A DNA stretch of 64,000 nucleotides, from assembly GCA_040954595.2 (NCBI GenBank), contig CM082585.2:5543808-5607807 (forward strand), given 5' to 3'. Both the position numbers and the translations under genes were made by a program. Every line of letters starts with the position of its first letter. Position 1 is the stretch's first letter. Origin of the DNA: Balanoglossus misakiensis (Eukaryota; Animalia; Hemichordata). This document shows, piece after piece, positions 60,801 through 64,000 of the stretch. Below the pieces are notes generated by a model. That model was not told the origin of the DNA, did no database searches, and saw only the letters and a program-made list of their open reading frames with translations.

Positions 60801-61540
60801 TCTTCTCATGAAGGTAGTCAGTGCCACAAGAAATCTGTTATTGCAAGTACATACAATATTTACACATCATGAATTGTCAGTTACATAATATAGGGAACAT
60901 AAAGTACTTTTATGGCCAGGTTGAAATCATGTCGCAAGTGCACATTCAAACCAAAATTATGAATTAGGAGTCTGGACTTTATGAGTGATGGTCCAACAGG
61001 AAAGTAATACTGGACAGTGGGGTGGTAATAAAAAATCTCTCTACTGCAGAATTTATAATTGATGCTTTAGATGTCTCTCTAAGTCTAACCAGGGTACAGA
61101 GATTTTATCTGAGAAACACTAAATGTTGCACAGGATTCCACAAAGCAATTTAAAGTGACTAATGTGAAAGAAAAAATGTGCGTCTGTGACGTGAACACTG
61201 AATGCAAGTCTATGTGACATATTCTGGTGCAGGGTGGTGTCAACCGAGAATTGGTCATTTTGATGGAGTCTGTCAATCATGACAGATTAACCGAAGACTC
61301 ATCATTCAGACTGCTTCTGTGAAATTTTGGCAGGAGCTGGCTTAAAATGCACCACTGAAACTTCACTTCGCTTGTACGAATCTGCATTAAGATTTGAAAA
61401 ACAATTGCTAATGTATATGTATGCAGGGGACATTTTATTTGCAAAGTTTAACTTGAAAATACCCTTAACACTGCAGTTTGAATAAAAGTGGTCAGAAAAC
61501 TCAGAACACAGAGTGCATTTGATGGATGAAAAAGACTGGT

Positions 61541-61664
61541 GAATGTGACAAACCAATGAGCTTGCAATAATATACGTGATGAATATTCATGTAGTGTGAC
61601 AAACCAATCAGATTTCAGTAATATATTCATGAATATTCATGTAGAGTGGCAAACCAATCAGATT
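61541..61664. repeat. Degenerate ~50-bp tandem repeat containing CCAAT and the palindrome ATGAATATTCAT
   Basis: CAAACCAAT with CCAAT at 61553, 61604 and 61654; ATGAATATTCAT at 61579 and 61629. Confidence 0.7.
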
Positions 61665-62765
61665 ACATTTAACATGTGCAATGGTCATCAGAGATAATAT
61701 AGCAACATTGATCAATTTGTATAAGCATTCCTAATATAATTGAATAAGTAGCCGACAGGATTAACAAGAAATAGGATTGTGGTCACTTCACATCAAAGGT
61801 GAAGTCTTCGATACACAGGATAACATAAAGAAGAAATTATTTCAAACTACAAAAAATAAGAAACTTGTGAACATACACATTCAAACAAGTCTTCAAATGT
61901 TATACTTTCCAGTAAGAAAGGACTTTTGTGTTAGGCGTACCACTTGCAGCTCTTTTTTAAAAACAACCGAGATAAACAAATCCAAGAGCATTTTTCTCAA
62001 AAACTCAGGAAACTGTATCATGGAATACATATTGTCCGCATTTTCATGACCAATGAGATACAGCAATTTTATAATGCTCTGTCAACTTAGGCAAAGTCTA
62101 ACACAAATGTTTCTAGCACAGTCTTAGTGGACAATACAGATGCAAACCAGTGAAAACGTGTGAAATATCTTTTTGAAAACAAGAACGCTTTTACGTAAAG
62201 GTTGTTTCTTTAAATGCACCTAGTTCTCCACTGCTGTATGTTAGACTTAATTAAAGAAACTATGCCCTCACACCAACACAAATCCTATTTGTGACAAGTG
62301 TAAAATACAAGATACGCAATATGCACCTTAAATATTCACTTCTTGTTAAGTTATCCATCCTATACATGTCTACAGTGAGACATTATGGAAAATGTTTAGT
62401 TGTAGGCTCTGAGCCAATTTTTTTTTTCTTCTGGCAAAGCCCTTTGTTACCGCACTGATGTGAACATCATGAAGAGAAAACCTTCAAACAAACTGTCTTT
62501 CAGCTTTCAGGGACCTCTCTCCAGGGTTCTATGCCATTGATTATCGATACTGCAATGTTTCACTGTACAAAGATTTAGAAATTTTATCCTACAATCGACA
62601 CGCTCACATGCTCACAAACAGTGCACGGCGATTTCATGCACTGAAGTTGCCAGCCTTGGGTGATCTCTAGAGGGCGCTGTTCATGAGCATGGCGGTACCA
62701 TCTTGAGGGGTGTGGCTACCCTTTATAATACGCATTGTGTCTCTGACATTCGTAGTCTCTCAAAT

Positions 62766-64000
62766 TCAATGGCTGTCGCCGTTCAAAACTAGACTGTATG
62801 GTCTTTTGAGATATAATTTAGTCGCACTGTCCGGGTTTTTGGCCTTGTCACTCGACCATATGGGCGATCGCCTGTAATGCTCCACCAACTCGTCCAGGGT
62901 GTCGAACTTCTGTTTGCCGATTGTGTAGCGGCCGTCGCTTGATATCACACGGAAGTGTTTGACGTTGTTTGGTGCCTTGAGGGAAACGGAGAAATCGCCA
63001 AGCTGCAAGGAAGAAAACAAAAAGAGCAATGAATATCTGCATCGGTCTTTTGATTCATGGACTTTTTTTTTGCCAGTCACTGATTAAGCACATAAAATCT
63101 GCTCATTTATGAGTTTCTGTGTGGTTTAGAAACATTTGATCATATGTTGAGTTCAGGTGGGTGCTTTGACCGGCGGCCAGCTGTTATCTACATTAAGCTT
63201 TCTAAAGAAGAAAAATAGCTACTGGAGGTTTTCATTGTTTGTGTGTGTAAGACAAATGCCTCCCCTGAATTATGTAAGACATCAAAAGGTATGCCACAGA
63301 ACGAGGTTCAGACTTACATTAGTTTCACTTTCCCTTATGAGGAAATCTCCATCAGCTGCCTGCTCGCTCAGCATGGTCTCCGCCTGGTCCCTGGTGATCT
63401 TGCCGGCGAACCAGTCCTTGTCGGCGTACGGGCCAGTCTTTTCCACGGCTATATTCAGCCTCATAGCCGAACTGGTTGGGGCTGCGTTGGACGCTCCCTG
63501 GTAGACCGGTTTGCTGTCCGGCAGCGGCTGTATGTACGTCTTGGGCACCAGCCCGACCTGTCCCTTACTGTTCCTCGCCTTCCACCAGTCCGGGTCGTTC
63601 TCCGGCTTCCCGATGATGTCCAGGCGCTCGCCGACCTCGAACGGCAGTTCCTCCTCATTCCGGGCCTGGAATGTGTAAATGGCTTCCACGCCGTACAGGA
63701 AGTCGGCGGGCGTATCCACGTGGCTCTCCGTTGCGTCTCCGCCGCGGTCCACGCCCCGGGCCAGGCTGGCCGGCTTCTCCTCGTTCGGCTGGATGGCCTC
63801 GGCGGTCTCTGTGACATAGTTTGACGGGAACCACCCCATGCGCCCATTGCTCTCGCCCCTCCACCAGCCATCGCTCGACTTCTCCATGACCCCGACGCGT
63901 TCCCCCTTGACCAGCTCCAGCTCGTCCGGGCGCCGCGCCTCGTACCCAAACTTCACATAGGCGTTACACAGAACGATATCGCTGTCCGGCTCGGGCGGTA
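62766..64000 (-). CDS. NCK: Nck adaptor protein (SH3-2, SH3-3, SH2), 3' part; gene continues past window end
   Basis: Exons 63318->64000 and 62766-63002. SH3 motifs AYVKFGYEARRPDELELVKG..MEKSSDGWWRG..GWFPSNYV and EELPF..KPENDPDWWKARN; SH2 WFAGKITR..GDFLIRESE|LGDFSVSLKA..KHFRV. Confidence 0.95.

Noticed and set aside
63157-63949. Long antisense and alternative-frame ORFs over Nck (also 6471-6853 over myosin)
   Set aside because: Shadow ORFs caused by GC-rich codon usage.

Overview
AT-rich, intron-rich animal genomic DNA, probably from a marine invertebrate deuterostome (inference; species not determinable). Six spliced protein-coding genes were rebuilt by hand with GT-AG sites and consistent phases: ankyrin-myosin MYO16-like (minus, runs off the left edge), eIF4A (plus), RFC4 (minus), GTF2F2/RAP30 (plus), profilin (plus) and Nck (minus, runs off the right edge). 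The eIF4A locus is the most interesting part. It has two candidate first exons. One is a short TCT/5'TOP exon. The other is an upstream TATA/CRE-driven exon adding an in-phase 62-aa Tyr/Ser/Arg/Gly-rich N-terminus. Its introns host two U17/snR30 (SNORA73) and two SNORA21/snR10-type H/ACA snoRNAs, and one U17 copy carries a ~96-nt branched expansion. Also present: a candidate 57-nt cassette exon in myosin loop 1, several MITE families (TTAA and TA targets), two hairpin elements of Crypton-like architecture, and simple repeats. Most short ORFs in the supplied track are spurious. All identifications are by eye against remembered sequences; no searches were run.
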